Below, piece by piece: positions 53,317 to 64,000 of a DNA stretch of 64,000 bases. The stretch is taken from positions 1,116,001-1,180,000 of the forward strand of contig SMSO01000004.1 of assembly GCA_004764695.1 (NCBI GenBank), written 5' to 3'. Each line of letters opens with the position of its first letter. The first letter of the stretch is position 1. The translations under genes were made by a program, and so were the position numbers. Origin of the DNA: Schizochytrium sp. TIO01 (Eukaryota > Protista > Bigyra: Labyrinthulomycetes). Under the pieces are notes generated by a model that was not told the origin of the DNA, did no database searches, and saw nothing but the letters and a program-made list of their open reading frames with translations.

Positions 53317-56191
53317 TCACAATGTTGTGAGGAAAGAGCTAAATACAGATTGCAGGCGGCCAGCCTTAAGCTTTGTTTCATCCAATTCGCCTTGAGGATC
53401 GGAGAGAGCGACGATTGCTCCGCCAGTACCAACACTAACACCAGCAGGGGTTACTACAGCTGTACGAATGACAATGTTCAAGTCTGAAGCACCTGTAAGA
53501 GAAATGAACCCAAGTGAGCCCGAGTATACACCACGTTCCTTGATTTCAAGTTGATCAATAATTTGCATAGTGCGCAACTTTGGGGCACCTGTCATTGAGC
53601 CACCTGGGAAGGCTGCCTGAATTGCACGGAGTGAAGGAGGAAAACGTTGGGCACCAGGTCCATGAAGCTGGCCAAAATCATCCTCATCAAGGTTAAGCTG
53701 ACCACGAATTGTTGATACAAGCTGGTGAACAGTTGTAAACGACTCAATCTGCATCAATTTAGGAACGTGGACGGAGCCGACCTCGCAAACTTTGCCGAGG
53801 TCATTGCGCACCAGATCAACGATCATGAGGTTCTCTGCGCGATCTTTATCACTGGTTCGCAATGCTTCAGCAAGCGCCTTATCTTCTTCCGGGGTTTCAC
53901 CTCGTTGAATGGTGCCCTTGATGGGTTTAGATTCTACAACACCTGCAGCATTGATACGCAAAAAACGTTCAGGAGAACTGCAACATACCGCAAAATCAGA
54001 CGATCCACGAAGACCGTCTGTGATTGGGGTCTTTACTTCGAGAAAAGCAGCATAAGGGGCAGGATTGGATGCACGAAGTAATTTGTAAGCATCAAAGGCC
54101 TTAGCCCGGACACGGTTATCCCCAAGGCTAAGTTGTTTTGTAAGACAGACCTCGTAGGTCTCTCCAGCGCGAATTTCTTCGATACTGTCTTCGACCAACT
54201 TGATGTATCCAGCATCAGGCACAGTACTTTGAAGCGGTGTGCTTTGGGCACCTGAGCTCTTTACTGCATTTGATACACGAGGCCGAACATCAGCGGCGAT
54301 GTTTTCGAGAACACTCAATACATCTTCTCGCCATTGTGTTTGAGCAGCTTGTACTTCGGAGGTGCCATCCTCAAACGTGACAAGCCAGCATTTGTGAGTG
54401 TCGTGATCCCAGACAAGAAGACGGTCAGCAAAGATGAAGCTAGCATCAGGAACGTGTGTGTCGCCGTCACAGCATTGTGTCTTTACATGACGGGCTGGGA
54501 TTTCTTCATCATCGGACGTGTACCGGTATCGTTTAGGTGATTCTGTTGATGAACCACAAGAATCACTTTCGGCAGCATCGGTTGCAACTGATGATCTGCG
54601 AGGAAGAGTCTTTTTAACTCCACAGAATCTCCTGAGACCGTAACCAAAGAAACCGACGTAGCCCGTTGCCAAGGGGAAGTCCAAGTTCCATGACTGAAGA
54701 GAACACAATGTGTTGGCTGCCTCGTCTTCATGTTCCAAATGCAGGAATCCAGCATCGTGGCGTTTACTGTCCATATCATGAGCCAAGTATTCAAAAATAT
54801 CTTCCGTTTCCATTACCTGAGGTGAAGACCATTTGCCATCAGGGGAAGCAAAGTAGGTTCGCAGCTCATGGGGCGGCCGACCATGATCACAACTGTCGCG
54901 GATTGAGCGGCTAGCAGGATCCACATAGAACTCAACAAGTTCTGCCAGTGGGCCTTCACCATTGCCCATGAAACTAAATCTTGTTTGGGATGCGTTTGTG
55001 CTGTCTGAATTACGGTCCTGCAGGTCCCGAGTAGCAGAGTCCAGCCAGAAACGAGCTTGTGTTCTCGGTCTTTCCTCGGAAACAGGAAACAAGGTTTCGA
55101 AGAGGGTTTGCGTGCTCACACAACTAGACGAGGCGGTTGCAGTAGCAAAGCAGGAGACTGGTTGTACCACAACACGATGCTTGCTGAAGCTTGTAAAGTC
55201 TTCCACAGCGGTGTGCTTGTTTGCGCTGGTTTGTTCGTTTTCAAGATGTACATCAGCAGCCTCGCTTGATCTCAGAGATGAAAATTCGCATTTCACTCCG
55301 GAGCAGGCGACTCCTTTGTGGTGTTCCCAAAACTCAGCAGACATGTTTAAGAAGTTTTCAACTAGCTGAGCGCCATACGCTGAGCAAATGGATTCGGGGT
55401 GGAACTGAACACCTACGCTCACACGACCAGGCTCATCAACAGCAAGGCCCATAATAACGCCATCCGTGGACCGAGCTGTGACGATGATGTTTGTAGGGAT
55501 GGTGGCTTCATCAACGACGAGGGAGTGGTAACGAACTGCATCAAAAGGGGATGGCACCTTAGCGAAAAGCCCATCAGCATTTTCAACGAGAACCTTGCTC
55601 ACTCGACCGTGCATGGGTTCTTTGCCACGCACCACATGAGCTCCAAAGGTCGCTGCCAAAAGCTGATGTCCAAGGCAAACTCCAAAGACAGGGACTGAGG
55701 CATCGAGCGCGGCTCCTGCACTGAGTCCTACATCTGATGGTGTGTGAGGAGAACCAGGTCCAGGGGAGATGACAACCTGGTGGAAGTCACGTCCTGGCCT
55801 CAAGGTCTTGCACAGAGCATGCCAATCTGAGCCAAAGTCATCATTCTGCACCACGAGTGGTTCTTGCCCACTTACTGTAGCAATCAGCTTTCATTTGGAA
55901 AAGTTTACCCCAAATGATAAGTAATATTCAACGTTAGTTTCCCATGCTTGACATTCTACATTTACTGACATCTCCATTTCCTTTCCTTTCCTTGCAGCCC
56001 CCTGGATCTGTTGAATGAGCCTCTGTATGTTCATTCATCCATCACCAGGTGGTTTTCGACTTTTTAGTGGTCCTCTCCATAAAACAACCGAGCGGACTTC
56101 TTATTCTCCATCACTCCTTTGGACGTACCTGAAACAAGTTGAAGGTGTAGCTGTCGTAGTTATCAATGAGCAGTGTCTTGGTCGTCGTCAT
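53317..56191 (-). CDS. pabAB: Bifunctional aminodeoxychorismate synthase (PabA-PabB fusion), two exons: 56191-56129 and 55887-53317, 877 aa
   Basis: Exon 1 MTTTKTLLIDNYDSYTFNLFQ (PabA signature) splices in frame to LIATVSGQEPLVVQND. Also ISPGPG, GVCLGHQ, VRYHSL, GVQFHPES, FWLDS, GETYEVCLT, SSPERFL, KPIKGT, AENLMIVDLVRNDL, FPGGSMTGAPK.R and LNIVIRT. Confidence 0.95.
55888..56128 (-). other. Spliceosomal GT-AG intron (241 nt) in pabAB
   Basis: Donor CAG|GTACGT, branch point ACTAAC (~55937-55932 on the minus strand) and acceptor GAAAG|CTG; phase 0 restores the conserved protein. Confidence 0.9.
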
Positions 56192-56969
56192 GGTGCTCAC
56201 AGCGCTTCTCCTCGCTTCTCCTCGCCTTCGTTTCGGTCTGGTCTATGCGGCTGCTCGCTTCCAGCCAAAAACAAACAAGAACAAGTCAATCTCCTCAGCA
56301 GTCCTGTGGCCCTTCGCTTTGCCTAGTTCTGGCCTGTGCTAAGCTGCAGTCAATATGTTGACGCAGACCCAAATTCGGCAACGAGCAGAGCACCGGCAGG
56401 TCCCGCACAACGCCGCAGTGTTGCGGATTTGTCTTCGCCTTTGCCTGCTTTTCTTGCGCTCTTGCGCTCACTCGCTCGTGCTTTTCCCTTTCTTCTGTGA
56501 CTTCATTTACTTTTTCTCTCATTCATCTCTTTTCTCTCAATTCTTTTCCTTTCTTACGCGTCTTCAACAAAAGCAAAAGATGTTTTCCTCCTTTCCCCCC
56601 TCTATCTACCCATTACAATAAGAGTCCACTAGCAGTAGGAATTGCTTCCCAACCCCGACTGGACTGCTACGAGTCATCATGGGAGGCCCTTACTACGCCG
56701 TATGCACCGCTCAAAACCACCCAGAATTACATCTGTGGTCACCAACCCAGGAGCGGCGTCGATCATTTGCGGGAGGTGCCAAGACGCCTCTGATCGAAGC
56801 GATTTACTGCGTCCACGCACGGCTTCAGGCGATCGAGAGCTTGGCCGGAGCCCTCGGGTCTTCTTCCTCAGCGCTCTTCTTCAAGCTGTGCGGTGCTCAC
56901 TCTTCACTTCGTAGAAAGGCAGAAGAGCACTGAAAAGGCGTATTCTTCTCATTCTCCGCTTTCACCCAA

Positions 56970-56970
56970 A

Positions 56971-57010
<40 letters not shown>

Positions 57011-57012
57011 AA
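56970..57012 (+). repeat. (AAAG)n microsatellite, about 10 units
   Basis: Direct read. Confidence 0.95.
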
Positions 57013-58574
57013 ACAAAAACAAAGTTGTTTTGGATCACGATTCATTCTTCGATAGATTGCGGTGTCTGCAGAATCGAAGACGAGGCGAGTCTGCGAATTC
57101 AACAGGGAAACAATCTTGAAAATCTCGAGGGCCCCAGAGACGCTGCATTTCGAGCTGGCTGGCTTGGAGGAGGGAGGGGCGTCCAGGCATCAACAAGCAA
57201 ACAGGCAAACAAATTTGACGTTCATCACATACATGCCTACATCTACTCTAGAGGTAGTATGCATAGATAGCACTTTGGTGACCAAGGCGTCGTTTCCTTT
57301 TCTTTTTTTCTTACAGTTCTTCACGTTCTTCGCTTTTCTTTTTTGACTTTTTCTGCCTGTATTTCTACTTTTTCTTTTCTTTTCTTACAAAAGAAAGGAA
57401 AATTAATAATAATAAACAAAGTACAAAAAGTTATAATTTCACATAGAGCAGATATAAACGAGAAGCCTCTTTTGTATGGAATGAGACTATTGGGATAAGA
57501 AAGAAGGCGGTGATAAAATTAGTTCATAAACCACGACTGTCTCTGGTCGTTCCACGTTTTGATACCATAGGTACCGTGGTTCATCCAAGGGAGAAATCCA
57601 ATGCAGTATTCCACTGTTGGCAACGCAAATATCCATCCAATGCTCTTATTAGCAGTGTGTGCTTTCACAGGCTTTGACGACAAAGGAGCTCTGCGTCAGC
57701 CCATACAGTCTCAAATTTGTAGCCACCTTTCAAGATTTCATGACATTCGATCAACTGTTCCATGCCATGAACAACCATAGATCAACTGGTCGATATTTCA
57801 TCACTCAGACATCTCAGACATCATCAGCTCAGCTCCAAGTCAGTGCAGCAATTGAAAGAATACACGCATCCACATGGTCAAAGTGCGCTGACTGGTACAG
57901 GGGTGTCTCCCTACTTTACAAAGTTCCATCAACTTTTCCTTATAAACCATATTGATTGAGTTCTGTGAAGTGCCGCTCGCAGAAAAGTCGCTGTAGAGAC
58001 TACTTAACTTAGTAAGGGAATCGTAGACGACACGACGAAACCCACACCAGGAGCTGCGCTTGCCACAAAACGAAGTCGCTGCAGGAGTAAGGAAGGCCGA
58101 GGACACAAAAATTCGTGCAATGCTGTATTTGTCAATCTAATAACACGAGAACAGCACCTGGTGTCACATTCCTCCACATAAGTAGCTATCTGCACGTTTA
58201 AAAATCGATGTGAGTTTTATTTGATACAAGGCATGTGTTTTATTCACGTGCTTAAGGAAGAGGCAATAGATCGTAAAAACTTAGTAAATCTATATGAAGG
58301 TAAACTTTTTCCATGGTAATCATCATCGTTCAACTTGTTTGCAAATAATGCAAGGAGCTTTTACTATCAAGCTTAAAGCACCACCTATCTTCCAACAGTC
58401 TACCTTATTAATCGAAACTGATATAATTCTTCAAAATGGGTTTTCCATTGTAGTTTCGATTGTATTCTTGGCCGCTTATAACTCAACTTTCAAGTGAACG
58501 AAAAACAAAAGTTAACAAAACAAAGTTAGCACGTCTGTTCATGATTTGCCACTGTTAGATGGAAAGTCTGTAGA

Positions 58575-58600
58575 AGTAGTAATAGTAGTAGTAGTAGTAG
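58575..58600 (+). repeat. (AGT)n microsatellite
   Basis: agtagtaatagtagtagtagtagtag. Confidence 0.85.
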
Positions 58601-59765
58601 ATTATTTCGGGACCTTCACTTTGTATCAGTCTACATCTACGTTTCCACGACGTCAGCGTGAGAACTAATCCCGAAAGTTCATAAGCTAAGGAGGCCATGA
58701 GGCACTGATATTGATTTGGAAGCTCAATGAATTTTCATTTGCTATGTGCTTCATACCTCCAATATTCTCTCTCGCAGCGTTGCGTTCTAAATTTCCAGTG
58801 CTGCTGAAGCCTTTTAAAATATCGCATTGATCTCCTGCAGTTTGGGTTGCGGGTTGCAAAGCAATGTGCGATCTAATGGCTTTCAGGTCTTTGTTGCTCA
58901 GACGGATTCGCATATGGTTTCTCTTATGGCTCGTGCATAAGAAAGGATTATCACATGTGTATATATATTCTATATATATCGATCTTTGCAAAAAATGACT
59001 CTAAGAAACACAATATTCCAACTTACTGGATCCCTTCCATGTCCTTGTAAAATAATAATACAATTAACATCCCAGTGAGGATTTCCTTCGTTTCAGGCTA
59101 TAATTCTTGATAGTAGTATGAGATTGTAAACGACTAGGGGCTTTCGCAGACAGCAAATAAAGAACAGGGGTATTTAAAAACCAATTTTGCATATAGAGTT
59201 GGTTGTTGCATGAAAGCTGTAACGCGACTTACAGATAGAATTTTTATTTTTGATTCTTTTATGGAATTGCGAGTTTGTAGGCTATATGCTTTGCTCTGTT
59301 GCACTTATTAAGACCGTGTCTTGAGATAGCTGTTGTTCCGCTTTGCTCAAATTCTCCGGTATTGTGAGGGCCAATTTACAAGTCTACAAATTGCTGAAAG
59401 CATTTTCACCACTCCAGTCATGGGTTTCTGAGTAAGTGAAAACTGTTTTTTAAAAAGTAAATTGTTCAATCAGAGAGAGAGTCTGCAGAGGTTGCAATTC
59501 ATATTTGGACATGAAAATAGCCTTATACCATATTATTACACTAACCAAAATGGCCCATTTAATAGCCCTCTTTGCGGAACCATCGATTCGTTAAAGAAAG
59601 TTATTTGATCGTGAAGTTCTCGATGCTTTCGCTCGTGCAAAACCTGGGCTTGGCGCAGCCAGCTTGTATAACTCTCCTCCATATAGATTTTCTAGGAAAG
59701 GGGGTCGCAAAGGTTCTGTAGCAACAAAAGGTGGAGTCCTTCAGTTTCGTTTCTAGTTTGAAATC

Positions 59766-60677
59766 ATGTCCAAGGCCGTAAGGAACCTCGCCCCTGGCAA
59801 ATGGCGCAGCTGGGTTACTCTCTCCTCGGAGAGCTCCACAAAGCGAATCGACAACAACTACTTGAGATTCCCTGTCGGTGCTGCTGGACGAATTGCCCGA
59901 GCAGAGTTGATTGCTGATGCTTCCAAGGTAGTAGACGTAATTATGCAGCGTGCGCTTAATGCTGAGAATGCCACATCTGCCATCGATAAGCACTTGTACA
60001 AATGCATTGGTCTTCCAGCCAAGACCGAGCAGGAAATCAAGTCTAATGAAGGATTTGAGGAATTTATCATGTCCATGGGAGTAAGCGTCTGCGACGATGA
60101 AACAATTGCAGACCTCAACGCGGAGGACCGTGGCATCCCAGAGCCCACCGATGTTCTCTCGTACCCGACCTTTGCGATGCGCGGGGATGAGCCTGGTGCA
60201 AATCTTATTATGCAGGGCCGCAGTTTTGAGGCTGGCATGTTTAACGAGATGAATAACAACGATAATGAGTTGTTGGATCTTGAGAAAATGTCTAAGGAGG
60301 AGGAAGAGTTTCTGCGCGAATTAGAAAAGTTCGAGACCGATGATCTTGAGCAATACGTCAAGGAGAGCTCCGAGTACGCCGAGGGCGTTGATGGCTATGC
60401 GTTTGATGATGGACACCCTATTGAAAAGTCGGCTGCCTACCTCGGTGATGTGATTATTTCAATCGATACTGCAGAGCGTCAGGCCGCTGAGCGTGGTCAC
60501 AGTGTGCGCCAAGAACTCCGCATCTTGCTTGTCCACAGTGTCCTTCACCTTTCCCTCTTTGATCATGAGACTAAGAAGGACATGAAGCTTATGCGCGCCG
60601 CAGAGGCAGAGGTTATCAAGGAGCTTGGCTGGGACATCGCCAAGGGTCTGGTTTCCCATGCTCATGGCGAAGAATAA
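59766..60677 (+). CDS. ybeY: YbeY rRNA-maturation endoribonuclease (probably mitochondrial)
   Basis: CDDETIADLN...RG...PTDVLSYP, LGDVIISIDTAERQA.ERGH....ELRILLVHSVLHLSLFDHE (HxxxHxxxxxH zinc motif) and M...E..V. Confidence 0.92.
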   Translation: MSKAVRNLAPGKWRSWVTLSSESSTKRIDNNYLRFPVGAAGRIARAELIADASKVVDVIMQRALNAENATSAIDKHLYKCIGLPAKTEQEIKSNEGFEEFIMSMGVSVCDDETIADLNAEDRGIPEPTDVLSYPTFAMRGDEPGANLIMQGRSFEAGMFNEMNNNDNELLDLEKMSKEEEEFLRELEKFETDDLEQYVKESSEYAEGVDGYAFDDGHPIEKSAAYLGDVIISIDTAERQAAERGHSVRQELRILLVHSVLHLSLFDHETKKDMKLMRAAEAEVIKELGWDIAKGLVSHAHGEE

Positions 60678-61939
60678 GTTTTCAAAAGTTGCCTACTCTC
60701 TCAGTAGCTTTCTACATGCTTTTATTTGTCCAGCTGGAAGGGACATATTGTCCACTCCCAAAACAAGCATTGTTTACCATATGGATAGTTTTCGTTTTCC
60801 TGAACCAAAGGTGATATAAAATAGCTTGTGTGGTCTGCGCGCAGTCCCTGTATTAGTCTAAATAACCATGACTTTAATCTTACTGATGTTTAAAACGACA
60901 CTCTTTGCTCCTGCTTATTGACTTTCTACTACTGCTCGATTATAATTGTAAAGATGGAATAAGAAGAATGAGTTCTGGAGCCTTAGGTACTCGCACAACT
61001 AATGATCATCATATTGAAGTTTTTTATCGTAACATAAAATGCTATCGTATTTGAGCATTCTTAGTTAAGAATATGGGGACTTCATGAACAATAGCTTTAC
61101 AATTCTCTATATTGCAAAAAATAATTACTCCTCCCTCACTGTGCCAAACCATGGGGTTTGCTGGACTTTGTCGAGTGAGATTCCATAAAACCTGTCAACT
61201 TATGCGAACGACTGGGTTGAAGTCTAATGTTTCTGAACTAATAGTTTGGGCGAGCTTTTCTAATCTTACAATTAGACCATATGAAATGAGCATTATCTCG
61301 TCACAAATATGGAGTTGCAAACACTAATAGACCACCTTGCACTATAAACTCATGTTTGCGAGAGAATTTCAGACCTTTATAAATTGATGAATACATTGCC
61401 ATTAGTCACTGTCAAATGGAAAAACCAACGCTGTAGACCCATTATTTCAACGTTCATCCTCAGTACCCTTCTACTGTTTACACTGCAAGTTACCTGTTTG
61501 GTAGTCATCTAAGGCTGGAGGCTGTGTGCACTACACTCCAGCAAGAAAACTCTTTAAGCGTCGCAAATGTTGGCTACTAAAAAAAGGCTCATCTGTCGCG
61601 AATTTAAGATTGTTTACGTCTAAATATGGGGTTCTCCGTGGACTTAGATCCTTCAATGGTAGGTAGTACTGCTTCATGTTGAAGCCAAACGATCGGCCGC
61701 CTTAGTACTATTTCTTCATTAGCACCGTATTTTCCTACTTTTTCATAATTTGCTTTCCCCCCCCCCCCCAAAAATAAAACATAATAAAAAATAATTGAAA
61801 GTGTCCAAACTAATGAGCAATCCAAACTGACAGTAACTGACTCAACAACAATGTACTAAGCGTAAAACGCTGATTTCAGTATATGCTATCCCGCCATAAA
61901 ATTGCGCGAGCATGTGGCAATCCCTTGCTTCAGGTACAG

Positions 61940-62125
61940 CAGCCATATTCCTTCAGATTCTATGATGGTCCAAACTTTAGAATTGCAGCATTCCACCAGA
62001 GTTAACAATAGAAAGTCAACACATGTATCCAGGCACATTATTACCTCGCAAGCGTTGTCGCACAATCTACAATGTTTTGCGCTCTTCAATATAGTAAATT
62101 AAGATCTTCTACAGCGCCACCCGCT
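61940..62125 (-). pseudogene. Decayed DHHC palmitoyltransferase (zf-DHHC) remnant
   Basis: Minus strand reads WRCRRS*FTILKSAKHCRLCDNACE, then a GT...AG segment (62044-61975), then LDHHRI*RN, matching C..C......SKHC..CD.C...DHHC.W.N with stops, lost cysteines and a frame slip. Confidence 0.6.
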
Positions 62126-64000
62126 TCGCGATGCTTCCTGACTTGTAGTTTTTGATATGCACATCATTTAAGATTTGCTCGAGCATCGATGATGCTAATT
62201 GCCACCTTTGGGGGGTTCATCATAAATGCAGCAGATCTGAGAATGTAAGCTTTCTTGATAATGGAGCTCAAACTTGAATATGAACATGACCACTCATTCA
62301 TACACTATTCAACGTCTTTCGACAAATAACTCGAGGAGAAAAGTCCTCACTCTCGAGGAACTCGTGCCCCTCTCATCGCCACTGTCTGCTTACTCTAGTC
62401 TCGCCCCCCTCACAAACCTCAAATAATCGATCTTCATGAAAAACCTCCCTCTAAATACACTGCAATAACCTAGAGGAAATCAGCGACAGAGGTAATTATA
62501 GGTTTCCAGTCCCAAAATTGAGTGAAACACTTCTGAGTCCCTCACATAATCACTATAAATCCTCCTTTTAAAATATCTCCAGTTTCTTCGAGTTCTCTGA
62601 TCTGCTAGTAGAAAGTGTAGAGATAGTTCTACCCTATATTTTTAAAACTATAAAAAAATCACTAGTATTATTTATTTCTTTACATGGTACTACCAATAAT
62701 CATAACACTACAAATAAAACGTTTAATTCAATTTAAAATCTTTGCGTGAAGAGTCTTTCGTGGAAAGGCACGCGGCAGAGTCAGTCGAATGTCGCCTTTC
62801 GATCCTAGATTGAGATATTGACAACGACCACAGTCTCCTCTGGAAGCCCAAATAACTTAAGCAAAGGGTGTATCTCTTCCTTAGGAAAAGCAGCGAGTTG
62901 CTTGGGTTTTGGACATTGGAATTGCGCTGGATTTTAACTAACCTCTGCCTCGTTTTGAGCGAGAAAGATGCATTTAAAAAAAAAAAAAAGAATTATATTT
63001 TTAATATGAAAGAATAAAAAGTAGGTATTTAGACTTAGTAAAGAGTAGCAGCAAAGAAACAAAGAAACCTCCTCCCCTAACATGTATGTGTCGAGCTCTT
63101 TCGTTTTGTAGATAATCATGGGTAGATGTTATAAAATCTCACGAATTCTTTTCCTCGATACAGACAAATACTTTCTGGAGTGTGGTCTTTATGCGCATTG
63201 CGGACCTCAAGAAGAACTTGCCTGTGCAGTCTTCTCTCATTTTTCTAGGGTGTAGCAGTCAAAAGAGTTCTGCAATGAGCTCTGGCGCCTTCAATTAATG
63301 TTTGTTTATGAATAAGACACCATAAGTACTTAGTAGGTACTTATTGCCTATTGCTGTTTGAAAGATTGAAAGTAATTCTCCTCCTAATTATTTATTGAAT
63401 ACTCTGAATGGTACTCTTCGAGACTAGTACCTACCTACGCACCTATTAGAGTTCTTCAAGTTTTCTTTACCTTGATTAGTTCTTGGAAAGAAAAGCGTTT
63501 TTAATTCAAAAGAACTTGAAAAGAAAAGATCATCTTTGGCCAATTTAGTGATTAGAATGAATAGAATAAAGTTCGAGTTTTATGATAATTCTTCTCCGCA
63601 CAATCCATCCGTCGTTCCATCGATCTCTACCTATTCAGACCCGAATTGCGGACAGGCCACCTTTGCAATTGCCAAGATCTCCGAGGACGCAGACCTGAGT
63701 CGCCGCCTACGCTGCGCCGTCTCTGGTCTGGTTCGCTTCCTCTTGGGACGCCTAAACGAAGAAAGGTTTGATTGGGTTTGTTTGGGTTTGATTGGAATTG
63801 TTTAGGTTGTCTGGGAAAGTTCAAGTGCAAGCGACAAAGGCGAGGACAGTTGACATAACCTAGTTGCGTGTGAGTCGCCGGGTAACAAGAACCTACGTGC
63901 GTGAATTGCCTAAAGCTCTCTGTCTTTCAACCAGACCTTTCCATCAGAACTGTCTGCAAATCAACGATTGCTACTGCACTAGTCGTAGACCCATTCGGTC

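Noticed and set aside
1-64000. CRISPR arrays, prokaryotic defence systems, rRNA/tRNA, intact transposons
   Set aside because: No repeat-spacer arrays, cloverleafs, or transposase/RT/integrase motifs seen; gene content is eukaryotic

Overview
Eukaryotic nuclear DNA: intron-poor, with long single-exon ORFs and AT-rich intergenic spacers full of microsatellites such as (AAAG)n, (AAAAC)n and (GCTA)n. It contains a ciliary gene (CFAP52) and one clear spliceosomal intron. The style fits a stramenopile protist, most likely a thraustochytrid (inference only). About 16 protein-coding genes, in order: ALDH7A1-type aldehyde dehydrogenase; a signal-peptide-less GT90/CAP10 glycosyltransferase with a C-terminal NLS; RtcA; katanin p80; snurportin-1; a ~4027-aa DUF3638/DUF3645 SF2/SecA-like ATPase carrying NZF/RanBP2 fingers, UBA, SH3-like and EF-hand modules; MPDU1; CFAP52; a mosaic type II membrane protein; a CTDSP/SCP phosphatase; a folate-receptor-like surface protein; a nardilysin-like M16A protease broken by two compensating frameshifts and carrying a Tudor-like insert; two orphan ORFs; a two-exon PabA-PabB fusion; and YbeY. 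There is also a decayed DHHC palmitoyltransferase relic missed by the ORF track. No rRNA, tRNA, CRISPR array or recognisable transposon was found. The best candidates for new biology are the giant ubiquitin/Ca2+-sensing helicase-like protein, the apparently nuclear virus-like GT90 enzyme and the frameshifted Tudor-nardilysin. All family calls are from motif recognition by eye, not database searches.
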